Assembly (NCBI GenBank): GCA_963933835.1
Contig: CAWVVV010000004.1
Span: 96,001-160,000, forward strand
Length of the DNA stretch: 64,000 nucleotides
Direction of reading: 5' to 3'
Source of the DNA: an uncultured Puniceicoccaceae bacterium
Lineage (GTDB): Bacteria > Verrucomicrobiota > Verrucomicrobiia > Opitutales > Oceanipulchritudinaceae
Shown here piece after piece: positions 10,010 to 20,878 of the stretch. The translations under genes and the position numbers were made by a program. The notes under the pieces were generated by a model. The model did no database searches. It had not been told where the DNA came from and was given only the letters and a program-made list of their open reading frames with translations. Within the stretch, counting starts at the first letter, position 1. Each line of letters opens with the position of its first letter.

Positions 10010-11593
10010 ATGACTCTTCAACTACGCTCATTTCTATACCTATTCTTGGCGCTCGGCCTTCTCACGACCTCCGCCTTTGCGGCAGGGGGTGGTCACGGTG
10101 GTGAGTCAGATAGTGTGAAACTTCCGCACTCGATCATTGATTACGATGCTGAAGAGATAGCCCATGGAATCGACAGTTTAGGTGCGAAACTCGCGCACCG
10201 GATAGAGGCGGATCCCTTTAATCTGATCGCGGCGATTATCTTCGGATTGGCGATCTTACACACTTTTGTCTCAGGGCCACTCCGCAATCTCTCGCACAAG
10301 ATGGAGCATGATCATGCCGAGGCGATGAAAGCGAAATACCTTCCGGAGGGGAAGCCGGAGAAGGCGGCTCAACATCACACCTCATTTAAGGCGACCGTGG
10401 TTCACTTCCTAGGAGAAATTGAGGCAATTTTTGGGATTTGGTGTCTGCCGCTGATCCTCGCAATGCTCTTCACCTACGATTGGGGCACCGTAACCAATTA
10501 CTTCGATAATTCGGTGAACTACACTGAGCCAATGTTTGTTGTCGTGATCATGGCGATGGCTTCGACCCGGCCGATTTTGAAGTTTGCTGAGATTGTCCTT
10601 GGCGGCGTCGCTGGTATTGGAGGTCGTTCTCCCGCTGCCTGGTGTCTTTCCATCCTCATCATAGCCCCGCTTTTGGGGTCATTCATTACTGAACCAGCTG
10701 CGATGACAATCGCTGCACTGCTATTGGCTCAGCAGTTCTACCGCTATGATCCTCCGGCGAAGTTCAAGTATGCGACGCTTGGTCTGCTCTTCGTAAATAT
10801 CTCGGTCGGCGGAACGCTGACACACTTTGCGGCTCCACCCGTCCTGATGGTGGCTGGAAAGTTTGAGTACGATATCGTCTATATGTTTATGCATTTCGGT
10901 CTGAAGGCTATGGCCGGGATTGTGATCGCGACGTCGGTCTACTTCCTTGCCTTTAAGTCGGAGTTTAAGAAGCTCGCTGAGAAGGCTAAAGCAGGCGAGG
11001 GCGCTTCTTTAGAAGACGATGAGCCCGTGCCAGCATGGGTAACTTTGGTAATCATGTGCTTCATGGGTTGGACGGTCTTTACGCTCCATCACCCTGCGCT
11101 CTTTATCGGTGGCTTCCTTGTCTTCATCGCTTTCGTCATCGCGACGAGCACGCACCAAGACAAGGTCAGTCTAAAGGGTCCGATATTGGTCGGATTCTTC
11201 CTCGCAGGATTAGTGACCCATGGCGGACTCCAAGGCTGGTGGATTGCTCCGGTTCTAAGCAGTTTGGGTCAACTCCCGCTCTTCGTTGGAGCGACGCTAC
11301 TGACAGCGGTTAACGACAATGCCGCTATCACGTATCTGGCCTCACTTGTGCCCGCCTTTGATCACCTCAACGCATTGGATCCAGCGCTGGCCCGTCAGCT
11401 CCAGTATTCGGTTGTCTCCGGTGCTGTTGTGGGCGGTGGCTTAACTGTCATCGCGAATGCACCAAACCCTGCTGGACAGTCCATTCTGCAAAAACACTTT
11501 GGGACGAGCGGTGTCTCCCCTCTGGGTCTTCTTATCGGTGCCGCCATTCCGACGATCATTATGGCCCTCTGCTTTCTGCTTTTGCCGCATTGA
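10010..11593 (+). CDS. Putative Na+/H+ antiporter (Na_H_antiport_3/DUF1504-like)
   Basis: Multi-TM; GSFITEPAAMT, NISVGGTLTHFAAPPVLMVA, DNAAITYL, GGGLTVIANAPNPAG. Confidence 0.8.
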   Translation: MTLQLRSFLYLFLALGLLTTSAFAAGGGHGGESDSVKLPHSIIDYDAEEIAHGIDSLGAKLAHRIEADPFNLIAAIIFGLAILHTFVSGPLRNLSHKMEHDHAEAMKAKYLPEGKPEKAAQHHTSFKATVVHFLGEIEAIFGIWCLPLILAMLFTYDWGTVTNYFDNSVNYTEPMFVVVIMAMASTRPILKFAEIVLGGVAGIGGRSPAAWCLSILIIAPLLGSFITEPAAMTIAALLLAQQFYRYDPPAKFKYATLGLLFVNISVGGTLTHFAAPPVLMVAGKFEYDIVYMFMHFGLKAMAGIVIATSVYFLAFKSEFKKLAEKAKAGEGASLEDDEPVPAWVTLVIMCFMGWTVFTLHHPALFIGGFLVFIAFVIATSTHQDKVSLKGPILVGFFLAGLVTHGGLQGWWIAPVLSSLGQLPLFVGATLLTAVNDNAAITYLASLVPAFDHLNALDPALARQLQYSVVSGAVVGGGLTVIANAPNPAGQSILQKHFGTSGVSPLGLLIGAAIPTIIMALCFLLLPH

Positions 11594-11751
11594 TAGCGCC
11601 CTAGATGATAATGAAGCGCCGCATCTGACGGCACCTTGCTTCTATTCCAGGGAATTTTTCAGGCAGTGACCGCATCAAGCAGTTACTGCCTGTTCATTTC
11701 AAAAACGGAGATGACACCGTTGCTACCCGAGACCACTAATGATATCCACCG

Positions 11752-12327
11752 ATGAAGCACAAAATGAGTTCTAAGCCCGTCCTTGCTCTACTAGCCGTAG
11801 CTATCACTTCCTATTTCACGCTCGTCAGTTTTGCTTCTGATGAAGCCAAAGATCCAAATTCTAAGCCTATGAAAGAATTAGCAGCATCCCCAGAAATTGT
11901 TGAGGATCCAGACGCCCTGACTTCGGAAGACTGGAAGGAGAAATTGTCCCCAGAGCAGCATCGCATTTTGTGTGGTGCAGGGACTGAGCGCCCGAATGGT
12001 GAGGTGTATAAGCAGTTCAAGTCACAGTCTGATGGCGAGTACTACTGCGCTGGGTGTGGAACCCACCTTTTCTCATCCGAGCATAAGTTTGATAGCCACT
12101 GCGGATGGCCCTCGTTTTATGACCCCGCAAAAATTGAGAGTGTGCGAATGAACGTGGATACTAGCCTCGGCATGCGCAGGGTGGAGGTCGTGTGCGCTCA
12201 GTGTGATGGCCATTTGGGTCACCTTTTTGAGGGCGAAGGGCATAGCACGCCGACCGACAAGAGATTTTGCATCAACGGATCCGTTTTGGAGTTCGTGCCT
12301 AATTCGCCAGCTAGCAGCCAAGAATAA
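11752..12327 (+). CDS. msrB: Peptide-methionine (R)-S-oxide reductase with N-terminal signal/anchor
   Basis: GTERP, CAGC, KFDSHCGWPSF, CDGHLGHLF, RFCING. Confidence 0.93.
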   Translation: MKHKMSSKPVLALLAVAITSYFTLVSFASDEAKDPNSKPMKELAASPEIVEDPDALTSEDWKEKLSPEQHRILCGAGTERPNGEVYKQFKSQSDGEYYCAGCGTHLFSSEHKFDSHCGWPSFYDPAKIESVRMNVDTSLGMRRVEVVCAQCDGHLGHLFEGEGHSTPTDKRFCINGSVLEFVPNSPASSQE

Positions 12328-12391
12328 GCACCTAGCCAATATGGGAGTGCTCTCGTTCGCTTCCACATCATAGCTCATAGCCTTTGGGTAT

Positions 12392-12425
12392 AAAAAAAAA
12401 GAGCCACCGGAAACCGGTGACTCTT
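12392..12425 (-). terminator. Intrinsic terminator downstream of hpf
   Basis: Minus strand AAGAGTCACCGG-ttt-CCGGTGGCTCTT followed by a T run. Confidence 0.8.
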
Positions 12426-12456
12426 CTCGAGAGCTAAACACTGGACTAAGTAAATT

Positions 12457-12834
12457 TTAGGCTGATGCGGATACTTTCGGCAAATTAGACGGAATTTCTA
12501 CCGCATGAGTCTGCTTCCGTTTGACGACTCTCAGACGAGACCGGCGACGAAGCATGCGATCTAGCTTATTTTCTAGAACATCAATCGACTTGTAGAGGTC
12601 CTCCGTCGTCACGGTTGCGACGAGAGCTGGTCCCCGGATTTCGATATGCCCCTTTGCTGTAAACTGGGCTTCGCTTCTTTTCGGATTTTGATCACTGAGA
12701 TCTATTCGAAGGCGGACGATTTCAGTTTCGTGGCTAAACAACTTATGCATCTTTTCGTGCACGATGTGTTTAAGAGAGTCAGTGAGTTCGAGGTGTGTTC
12801 CTGATAGGATGATGTCGTCTCTATTGTCTTTCAT
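12457..12834 (-). CDS. hpf: Ribosome hibernation promoting factor (HPF/RaiA, S30AE)
   Basis: ILSGTHLELTDSLK...DLYKSIDVLENKLDRMLRR. Confidence 0.88.
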   Translation of the reverse strand: MKDNRDDIILSGTHLELTDSLKHIVHEKMHKLFSHETEIVRLRIDLSDQNPKRSEAQFTAKGHIEIRGPALVATVTTEDLYKSIDVLENKLDRMLRRRSRLRVVKRKQTHAVEIPSNLPKVSASA

Positions 12835-13028
12835 ATATCGCTGCTTTTATTGGACTTTTTGTTGATAGATCAGCTATTGCCTCAAGCGTAAGCGAGGTAG
12901 CCGACCTGTTGAGAAATCTTAAGGGAGGTCGGAAGTGAATGACCTTCGCTATCGCTCATGGATGGCATAATGCGTTCCACAGGCGGCCAAAGGTTGCGTC
13001 CGCAGATATGAGGCGGAAGATGCCCCTT

Positions 13029-13850
13029 ATGCCTTGGAGTGAAACTATACTGAGCTTTAAAACTGTAATCATTACAGGAGGCTCATCGGGTATAGGCGCA
13101 GAACTCATTAACACTTTAGCCAAGCTAAGGAGTAAATCGTCTATAATCAACCTTTCTCGAACAAAACCGCATATTTTTGCCGAATCCTTTACGGTAGAGC
13201 ATATTCCAACGGATCTTTCTGATCCCGAATCTTTGGCTGCAGCTGCGGTCGCGGTTGAGAAACGCATTGAGGCGTCAGACGAGGGCCCAATCTTGCTCAT
13301 CAACAACTCTGGCTTTGGAAATCATGGCCAGTTCGCTAGCGCCGGGCAGGATGAAGTCGGCATGGTACACGTGAATGCTCTTGCGGTTGTGGATCTGACT
13401 CAGCGCCTCCTCCCATCGATTAAAAAGCGTGGGGGCTGGATTATGACGATTTCGTCAGTTGCTGGATTCCAACCGACACCGTATCTCGCCACTTATGGGG
13501 CGGCGAAGGCCTTTGTCATGCATTGGAGCTTGGCGCTGAATGAGGAACTACGGGGTACTGGAGTAAGAACGCTAGCCGTCTGCCCAGGGCCAACGAAAAG
13601 CTCGTTCTTTCGCCGTGCTGGCTTCGATGAGTCGCCCGATGTTGTGCGTGGGCAACTTCCGGAAGAGGTGGCACTCGAAGCCTACAAAGCACTTCACAAA
13701 GGAAAGTCACTCGTCGTCACTGGGGGCAGGAACAAGTTGATGGCATTCATGACGCATTTCTTTTCAAAGGCATTCATTGCTCGGATCGCTCGTAAGCTCA
13801 TGCAGCGATTTCGTCTTGAGGCTAAAACGAGGGCACAACTTGGCGCCTGA
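13029..13850 (+). CDS. Short-chain dehydrogenase/reductase
   Basis: ITGGSSGIG, INNSGFG, YGAAK (YxxxK). Start 13029 preferred. Confidence 0.9.
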   Translation: MPWSETILSFKTVIITGGSSGIGAELINTLAKLRSKSSIINLSRTKPHIFAESFTVEHIPTDLSDPESLAAAAVAVEKRIEASDEGPILLINNSGFGNHGQFASAGQDEVGMVHVNALAVVDLTQRLLPSIKKRGGWIMTISSVAGFQPTPYLATYGAAKAFVMHWSLALNEELRGTGVRTLAVCPGPTKSSFFRRAGFDESPDVVRGQLPEEVALEAYKALHKGKSLVVTGGRNKLMAFMTHFFSKAFIARIARKLMQRFRLEAKTRAQLGA

Positions 13851-14682
13851 AGAAGAACCTGATGGCTTTGGAGCAGAGCCCCTGGATGTCACCGAACGTC
13901 AGCTGAGAAGTTGGATAATTGAAGATACCGATGACGCCGTGGTGCTGAGTAAACCAGGCTGGGTTGTCTGCCATCCTTCGAAGCGAGGTCCGTTTTCTAG
14001 TTTAGTTGGGGCTGCTCGTGAAGTTCTCGGCCTAGAGAGGGTCCACCTCGTGAGTCGACTTGATCGCGAAACGAGTGGACTTGTGATACTTGCCCGTCAT
14101 CGGGCGATGGCTAGTCGGTTACAGACTGCGCTGAGTCAGCGTCGTGTTCAAAAGCGCTACACCGCGATCGTCCATGGGCGAATGGAATCAAGGGTCGAGG
14201 TCAGTCAGGCAATCGGGCCCGATGTTGATTCGGAAGTTGTCGTTAAACAATGCGTGAACTCACAAGTAGACTCTCAAAAGGCGCAGACGAGTTTCATACC
14301 ACTGAAGTTTAAAGGAGACTATACGCTCGTCGAGGTTGTCCCACATACGGGGCGAAAGCACCAGATACGTGTGCATGCGCAATGGCTTGGGCATCCGATT
14401 TCGGGTGATAAGCTGTATGGACCAGATCCACTCTTGTATTTGGATTTTGTTACGAATGGATGGACAGAAAAACACGAACAAGCCTTGCCAATAAAACGAC
14501 AGGCATTGCACGCCGGCGACCTCGTGTTTGAAACACCTGAAGGAGACTTTCACTGGAGTGCTCCATTGCCACCGGATATGGTTGAGCTCTGGGAATCAAT
14601 CAAAGGGGACGAAAGCCGCCCTCCAGCGCGATCTGGCTCAAGGCGTCGACGGCAGCCACCTGAGCAGAAATCCGATTTGTAA
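13840..14682 (+). CDS. RluA-family RNA pseudouridine synthase
   Basis: KPGWVVCHP, SRLDRETSG, TGRKHQIRVH, GDKLYG, RQALHA. TTG start overlapping the SDR stop is assumed. Confidence 0.9.
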   Translation: MAPEEEPDGFGAEPLDVTERQLRSWIIEDTDDAVVLSKPGWVVCHPSKRGPFSSLVGAAREVLGLERVHLVSRLDRETSGLVILARHRAMASRLQTALSQRRVQKRYTAIVHGRMESRVEVSQAIGPDVDSEVVVKQCVNSQVDSQKAQTSFIPLKFKGDYTLVEVVPHTGRKHQIRVHAQWLGHPISGDKLYGPDPLLYLDFVTNGWTEKHEQALPIKRQALHAGDLVFETPEGDFHWSAPLPPDMVELWESIKGDESRPPARSGSRRRRQPPEQKSDL

Positions 14683-15070
14683 TGGATTTCTGGGACGGTG
14701 TCTCAAGAGTGTAACACCATGGCGCGTGATCGAAGTAGAGCTTTAGAGCCTCGGGTAGATCGTCGCGGTCTTTGTCTAGCTCATCCCTGGATGGCAACAT
14801 GAGTCCATTATCATTAGGCATTTCATCAATTTCTTGGCGTTTTTCGATACCGGTGAAGGGTTGCATCGCCTCCAAAAATCGCTGCGCATTTGACAAGGAT
14901 TCACCTGGCTTCAGTTCAAAGAGATAGGCCCCTTCGGTTTCATAGTCTTCGTGCATGCACGCGGCCGCAGTAAATGTTTGCTCCCCAAGCCATTTGAGAT
15001 GGTTACGCACTTCGGTAGTTTGAGGACTCGTGCCGTAGTCCCGGTTGAGATCAACCCCGTCCTTGTTTTC
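14600..15070 (-). pseudogene. M14-family metallocarboxypeptidase/deacylase, 3' remnant
   Basis: ENKDGVDLNRDY, MHEDY, YTLETPS present; N-terminal HxxE zinc motif absent; abuts pilB remnant. Confidence 0.75.
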
Positions 15071-15533
15071 AGCACGTTGCACACAAACGATGCACCTAGC
15101 GCAGTTTCGCGTCTTATTGATCTGGGAGCTAAGTCATTTCTGGTCTCAACGGCGTTGCGAGCGGTAATGGCCCAGCGCTTGATAAGACTGATTTGCCCAG
15201 AATGTAGAGAATCCTATACGCCCGAAGCGTTGGAATTGAAGGCGTTGGGCTTTGCTGAGTCGATCGGTGGGGACCAAGCCTTGGCGCGGGGTAGGGGTTG
15301 CGCTCATTGTGGCGGAACTGGCTATCGAGGACGTCGAGGGATCTACGAGTTATTTCAAGATCGATGAAGCGCTTGAAGGGCTCATCTACGAGAACGCGTC
15401 GCTTCTCGAGTTACGCCAACAGGCGCGCGACCAAGGAATGCGAACTCTGCGCGAGGACGGATTGCGAAAGGTTTTGGCGGGCTGGACGACTTTGTCCGAG
15501 GTGCTCGCGGTGACGGTCGGCGATGCCGATTAA
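15061..15533 (+). pseudogene. PilB/GspE secretion ATPase, 3' remnant with frameshift
   Basis: LVFSTLHTNDA, AQRLIRLICPEC, GCAHCGGTGYRGR, then frame change near 15355 to KIDE...GMRTLREDGLRKVLAGWTT. Walker A/B missing. Confidence 0.85.
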
Positions 15534-15540
15534 GGAAGGG

Positions 15541-16017
15541 CTATGGGTTCCGAGCGTATAAGTCGGCGATGATCTGCTTTAAGGCTTTGTGATTCTGGAT
15601 GCTCCAATTCTGGGTCCAACCTGGAGCGTAATTTTCGTCTGCAGAACGCAGCGTCAGCAAATAGGTCCTTTCGGCTTTGGACTTTTCCTCAACTTCGCTC
15701 GCACCGGTAGCCCCGCCAGGGCGACTCAGAAAGAGCTGGATCATCGGCGTTTTGGTTCCATCTAAATCAGTGTCCGGGTCACGCTTGACATAGAGACTAA
15801 GGCTCGTGCCGTTGGCATCCTTCAGTCGGAGATGGGCTTGCCCTTTGCCAGCGTCTCTAGGGTTGCCTGGGTCTTCAATCTGTGGAGCGGTGTATTCAAC
15901 GAGGTGAATCGGTGCCACTAGTCCGTTCGCAAGCTTTGTGCCATCTGGGACGACACGAAGGATTTGCTGCCCAATGACGATGGAGGTTAATAAACAGAGG
16001 GTAAGCAGATGTCGCAT
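15541..16017 (-). CDS. Hypothetical exported protein
   Basis: ORF with signal-peptide-like start MRHLLTLCLLTSIVIG; no family recognised. Confidence 0.55.
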   Translation of the reverse strand: MRHLLTLCLLTSIVIGQQILRVVPDGTKLANGLVAPIHLVEYTAPQIEDPGNPRDAGKGQAHLRLKDANGTSLSLYVKRDPDTDLDGTKTPMIQLFLSRPGGATGASEVEEKSKAERTYLLTLRSADENYAPGWTQNWSIQNHKALKQIIADLYARNP

Positions 16018-16087
16018 GGTATTATGATGTGTGACGCGTAACTCTATAGCAACGTTCGATTGGGACGATTTCTTAAGGGGAAATCGA

Positions 16088-17182
16088 TTATACGTAAACA
16101 CCGCCCCCTAGGAGCTTAGGTCCATCGTAGAGGGCGCAGACTTGGCCGATCGCGAGTGCACGCTGCGGCTCCTCAAATTCGATCGTAGCGCTGTTTGGAC
16201 CCTCCGGAATAAACCTCATCGGAACAGAGGGGTCTCGATAGCGCACTTTCGCAAATAGATGCGTGCTTTCGATCGGCGGCTTAGCCGTGAGCCAACTAAT
16301 ATTGTGCAGTTCGACACGCTGATGCCAGATAGCATCCGGCTGACTGCTTTCAAAGGCGATGACCAGCTGATTAGCTTCAAGATCCTTCGCCACGACGACG
16401 TAGAACTCGTTGTCTGAGTTGGAGGGAACACCAATGCCGCGGCGCTGTCCGAGCGTATAGCGGTGGAGGCCTTTATGTTGACCGAGAACGCGGCCATCGA
16501 GGTGGACGATGTCGCCGGGCTGGTCAGAGATGAACTTCTCGAGGAAATCGTTGATTTTCACCTCACCGATGAAGCAAATGCCTTGGCTGTCTTTTTTACC
16601 CGCGTTGGGGAGGCCCCGGTCCGCGGCGAGAGCCCGCACTTCGGGTTTTGTAAGGTGCCCAATGGGAAAATGAGCCCGATCCAGCTGTCCAGGGGTGATG
16701 AGGGAGAGGAAATAGCTTTGGTCTTTGTTTTTATCTACACCCTCGAGGAGTGATTTTTCGCCATTCACAACAGAGCTACGGCAGTAGTGTCCGGTCGCGA
16801 CGCCATCAAAACCGTTTTCGAGCGCCCAATCTAGCAGAACCCCAAATTTCATTTCGCGATTACACATGACGTCTGGGTTTGGTGTGAGCCCCTTTTTGTA
16901 GCCATCGACGAGGTAGCTCACGACGCGATCTCGGTAATCCTGCATGAAATTGATGACTTCAAAATCCAACCCTAGATGATTTGCAACGGCCCGACCGTCC
17001 TCGATGTCTTGCTGCCATGGGCAGTTTCCGAAGATGTCTTCTTCGTTGATCCAGTTCTTCATGTAGGCACAGCCAAGGTCGTAGCCTGCATCCTTCAGGA
17101 GGAGCGCGGCAACGGCGCTATCGACTCCACCAGAGAGGGCGACGAGTATCTTATTTGCTGTCATGACGCTTTGTCCTTCCAT
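16088..17182 (-). CDS. mnmA: tRNA-specific 2-thiouridylase
   Basis: SGGVDS, TPNPDVMCNREMKF, ATGHY, KDQSYFL, KDSQGICF, YTLGQRRG. Confidence 0.96.
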   Translation of the reverse strand: MEGQSVMTANKILVALSGGVDSAVAALLLKDAGYDLGCAYMKNWINEEDIFGNCPWQQDIEDGRAVANHLGLDFEVINFMQDYRDRVVSYLVDGYKKGLTPNPDVMCNREMKFGVLLDWALENGFDGVATGHYCRSSVVNGEKSLLEGVDKNKDQSYFLSLITPGQLDRAHFPIGHLTKPEVRALAADRGLPNAGKKDSQGICFIGEVKINDFLEKFISDQPGDIVHLDGRVLGQHKGLHRYTLGQRRGIGVPSNSDNEFYVVVAKDLEANQLVIAFESSQPDAIWHQRVELHNISWLTAKPPIESTHLFAKVRYRDPSVPMRFIPEGPNSATIEFEEPQRALAIGQVCALYDGPKLLGGGVYV

Positions 17183-17190
17183 CGTTCCTT

Positions 17191-19671
17191 ATGTCCGGTA
17201 GAAAGCAAGTCGAGGTGTCTGCTCTGTCTAAACAATTAAAACCGCCGTTCCTTCTCTCTGCATCTTGGATTTCGCTCACGGAGGGTGTGGTCAACTTTCG
17301 TCACGATTGGCCATCGGGCCATCGACCGCGTCTCTATTGGGGTGAAAAACAACTACCCCTGCTGAGTTTGTATCGCTCGCCGCTGAGTGACTTTGCAAAT
17401 CATAGCGGGTATTATGTCGACCGAGGAAAGTTACACTTTCTTCTCCGCGGTGATCGCTTTCCATGGTTAGACTTAAAAAAAGAAAAGGTCTATGTCGTAG
17501 GAGGCTTTAACGGATGGAGTGAGGCCATCGGCGACTCGAAGTGGCGACTCCGTGCGCGCGTGCTACGAGGTGAAAAATACTACGTCCTAGATTTGAGCAA
17601 AGCTGAGCTCGATTGGAGCAAGCCGCCCGTTTTCAAGTTCGCAACTCACTCGGGTGTTTGGCTCGAGGTCCCGGCTGATGCGAGCAATGTGATCGTCGAT
17701 TCGGCGGGCAATCGAAATTATCGCATCCTACCACATCGCACCGGACGTCACCGCTTCTATTTTAGAACGCCCGAACCGCTCGCGCAAAGTGCCGTTACTC
17801 AACTAGTCTATAAGAGCAAAGACTACTCTGAGAGCACGTCGATGCAGCCCGGAGTTTTCCTCAAGAAGCTGCGAAGTGATTTGCCTCTAGGCGCAACGGT
17901 CAAAAAAGACCGCACCACCTTTCGTCTCTTTGCCCCTCGAGCACAGAAGGTTGAGCTACACCTCTTCAAAGACTTAGAGAGCAAGAATACGGTCGCGCAG
18001 CCACTTCACACGCAAGATGGACTTGTCTGGGAATTGAGCGTGTCTGGTAACCGTGATGGGCACTATTACTACTTCAGTATTGATGGAGCAGAGCAGGACG
18101 GCTTTGGGCACTTCGACAGTTCTTTCAAGGTCCTAGATCCATACGCCAAGGCCTGCGTGGGTCCATTGGGCCCAGGGATAGTGCTCGACGATAAGAGATT
18201 CCCCAAAGTTAAGAAGCCTTTTGAGCCACCACCGTGGCACGAACTCGTCGTCGTGGAGGTCCATTTGAGAGATCTCCTTGGGCATGCCCCGATTGATTTA
18301 TCGGAAGACGCGCGTCTTGGCTACCGAGGTCTTATCGCGTGGCTGAAAAAGGAGACCTGCTATCTTCGTGAATTAGGAGTCAATGCGGTCGAGCTTCAGC
18401 CGATGCATGAGTTCGACACGGTAAACCAAGAGGATTATGGTTGGGGCTATATGCCGGTGAATTATTTTTCACCCGCTAGTCAATACAGTGAAGACTCAAC
18501 CAAAGCGACACAGGTTGAGGAGTTTCGGGCACTTGTTGAAGCGTTTCACGAGGTCGGCCTAGCGGTGATTCTTGATGTAGTCTATAATCACTACGGAAAT
18601 CCGAATTACCTTCAGTATATTGATAAAGACTACTACTTTATGCTCAGTCCGGATGGCGAGTATATGAACTACAGTGGTTGTGGTAACACGATCGATCCAG
18701 ATACGCCGATGGCCCGGCGCTTAATGGCAGATAGCTTGCAGCACTTTATCGAAGCCTACGATGTGGATGGCTTCCGCTTTGATCTGGGTGAGCTCTTAGG
18801 CATCGATTGCCTGCGGCACGTTGAACACGCCGTTAAGCGCGTAAAGCCAACCGCATTCCTCACCGCTGAACCGTGGAGTTTTCGTTCTCACCTAGGGGCG
18901 CGGATGATGGAGACCGGTGTCTCGGCTTGGAATGATGGCTTCCGTGAATTCGTGAAGAAGTATGTCAAAGGCGAGGGGAACACTGATGGCCTCAGCTATT
19001 TCATGTGTGGCTCGGCAGAAAATCTGGCGGCCTTCCCAGCTCAGACGGTGAATTACCTCTGTTCTCATGATGACCGGGTCTGGATCGACAAGATTACTGA
19101 GAACGAGAACCATGATGGAACTCATCCGACGCTGAATGATCGCCGTCGAAGCCACCTCGCTTTCGCTATCCTTCTTTGCTCCTCGGGTATTCCGATGCTT
19201 CATGGCGGGATGGACTTCCTCTATTCCAAGGGAGGAAAGAACAATAGCTATCTCGACGGAGAGACGAACAAACTGCCGTATTCGCGCCAACGGTTCTTCT
19301 CCTCAACCCACGCCTACTGCCGTGAATGGATTCTATTTCGCCAAACAGAGCTCGGAAAACGTTTACTCTGCTTGGCGTCACATCCGAAGGAGGGCTTCTA
19401 TGAGACGTGGTCCTCTGACGGCGCCCTCGCCCTGTTGATCAATGCTGACCAGAGTTTAGGCTCCGAGCAATTGCTCTTCGCGGTGAACCCAGACTTTAAT
19501 AAGCAACGGTTCGAGATGGGGGCGTTTGACCTCACAGGGTTTAAGCAATGGGCCGATCATGAGCGCTTCGTTACGTGTGGGCTGGCGTCCGCCGCTTTCT
19601 ATCAATCAAAAGGTTGGATTGAGCTTCCTGGGCTGACTTGCGGTCTCTGGATTTCTGACAAGCAATCCTAA
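17191..19671 (+). CDS. GH13 pullulanase/debranching-type alpha-glucan enzyme with N-terminal CBM-like domains
   Basis: FRLFAPRA, WGYMPVNYFSP, DVVYNH, DGFRFDL, AEPW, SHDD. True start may lie downstream of 17191. Confidence 0.85.
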   Translation: MSGRKQVEVSALSKQLKPPFLLSASWISLTEGVVNFRHDWPSGHRPRLYWGEKQLPLLSLYRSPLSDFANHSGYYVDRGKLHFLLRGDRFPWLDLKKEKVYVVGGFNGWSEAIGDSKWRLRARVLRGEKYYVLDLSKAELDWSKPPVFKFATHSGVWLEVPADASNVIVDSAGNRNYRILPHRTGRHRFYFRTPEPLAQSAVTQLVYKSKDYSESTSMQPGVFLKKLRSDLPLGATVKKDRTTFRLFAPRAQKVELHLFKDLESKNTVAQPLHTQDGLVWELSVSGNRDGHYYYFSIDGAEQDGFGHFDSSFKVLDPYAKACVGPLGPGIVLDDKRFPKVKKPFEPPPWHELVVVEVHLRDLLGHAPIDLSEDARLGYRGLIAWLKKETCYLRELGVNAVELQPMHEFDTVNQEDYGWGYMPVNYFSPASQYSEDSTKATQVEEFRALVEAFHEVGLAVILDVVYNHYGNPNYLQYIDKDYYFMLSPDGEYMNYSGCGNTIDPDTPMARRLMADSLQHFIEAYDVDGFRFDLGELLGIDCLRHVEHAVKRVKPTAFLTAEPWSFRSHLGARMMETGVSAWNDGFREFVKKYVKGEGNTDGLSYFMCGSAENLAAFPAQTVNYLCSHDDRVWIDKITENENHDGTHPTLNDRRRSHLAFAILLCSSGIPMLHGGMDFLYSKGGKNNSYLDGETNKLPYSRQRFFSSTHAYCREWILFRQTELGKRLLCLASHPKEGFYETWSSDGALALLINADQSLGSEQLLFAVNPDFNKQRFEMGAFDLTGFKQWADHERFVTCGLASAAFYQSKGWIELPGLTCGLWISDKQS

Positions 19672-19813
19672 TGATGAATGATTATTAGGAATTATTATCG
19701 CATAGAAACGAATGATAGCTTGATCAACAATTAGAATCCGCCATTTCCTTTCACCATCGATCTCCGCAATGGAGTCGATTCATCTATAGTACACAAGAAA
19801 CAGACATACGAAT

Positions 19814-20857
19814 ATGGCTACGAAAATCGCAATTAACGGCTTTGGCCGGATCGGCCGCCTCGTCTTCCGTGCACTCGTTGAGCAAGGATTGCTCGGTGAG
19901 ACATTTGAAGTGGTAGCAATCAATGACCTCGTTGGGGCAGCCCACCTCGCTTACCTCCTGAAATACGACTCGGTCCAGGGCCGTTTCACTGGTACAGTTG
20001 AAAGCAAAAAGTCCTCACCGGATGTTGCAGAAGATGATCTTCTCATCGTCAACGGTCAGACGATTAAGTGCCTCGCGGTTCGCGAAGGCCCAGCTGCAAT
20101 GCCTTGGGGTGAACTCGGCGTAGATATCGTGATCGAATCTACAGGACTTTTTGTTCAAGATAGCAAGGCACAGGGACACATCGATGCCGGCGCTAAGAAG
20201 GTCATTCTCTCAGCGCCAGGTAAAGGCGATGGGGTTAAGACTGTTGTTATGGGCGTCAACGACGGCGAGCTCACAGCTGAGGACACCCTCATCTCGAACG
20301 CTTCTTGCACGACCAACTGCTTGGCACCCATCACCAAAGTGATCCTTGAAAACTTCGGTATCAAGGAAGGCTTGATGACTACGGTCCACGCTTACACCGC
20401 GACTCAAAAGACCAACGATGGTGCTTCGAAGAAGGACTGGAAAGGCGGCCGCGCAGCAGGGATCAACATCATCCCTTCGACGACAGGCGCTGCGAAGGCC
20501 GTGGGTCTCGTTCTCCCTGAGGTTAAGGGTAAGCTCACTGGTATGGCTTTCCGTGTTCCAACTCCGACTGTTTCGGCTGTTGACCTGACAGTTAAGACTG
20601 AGAAGGAAACGAGCTACGAAGAAATCTGTGCCAAGATGAAGGAAGCCTCTGAAGGCGACCTCAAGGGCATCTTGGAATACACTTCAGACGAAGTTGTTTC
20701 GAGTGACTTCATCCACAGCTCATCTTCCTCCATCTTTGATGCTGACAGTGGCATGGGCTTGAACAGCACCTTCTTCAAACTTGTCAGCTGGTATGACAAC
20801 GAATGGGGCTATTCAAACCGTGTTGTCGACCTCCTCAAGAAGGTCGTATCACTCTAG
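19814..20857 (+). CDS. gap: Glyceraldehyde-3-phosphate dehydrogenase type I
   Basis: [30 protein letters not shown]. Confidence 0.98.
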   Translation: MATKIAINGFGRIGRLVFRALVEQGLLGETFEVVAINDLVGAAHLAYLLKYDSVQGRFTGTVESKKSSPDVAEDDLLIVNGQTIKCLAVREGPAAMPWGELGVDIVIESTGLFVQDSKAQGHIDAGAKKVILSAPGKGDGVKTVVMGVNDGELTAEDTLISNASCTTNCLAPITKVILENFGIKEGLMTTVHAYTATQKTNDGASKKDWKGGRAAGINIIPSTTGAAKAVGLVLPEVKGKLTGMAFRVPTPTVSAVDLTVKTEKETSYEEICAKMKEASEGDLKGILEYTSDEVVSSDFIHSSSSSIFDADSGMGLNSTFFKLVSWYDNEWGYSNRVVDLLKKVVSL

Positions 20858-20878
20858 TTCTGATTTAACCAGTTTTCT

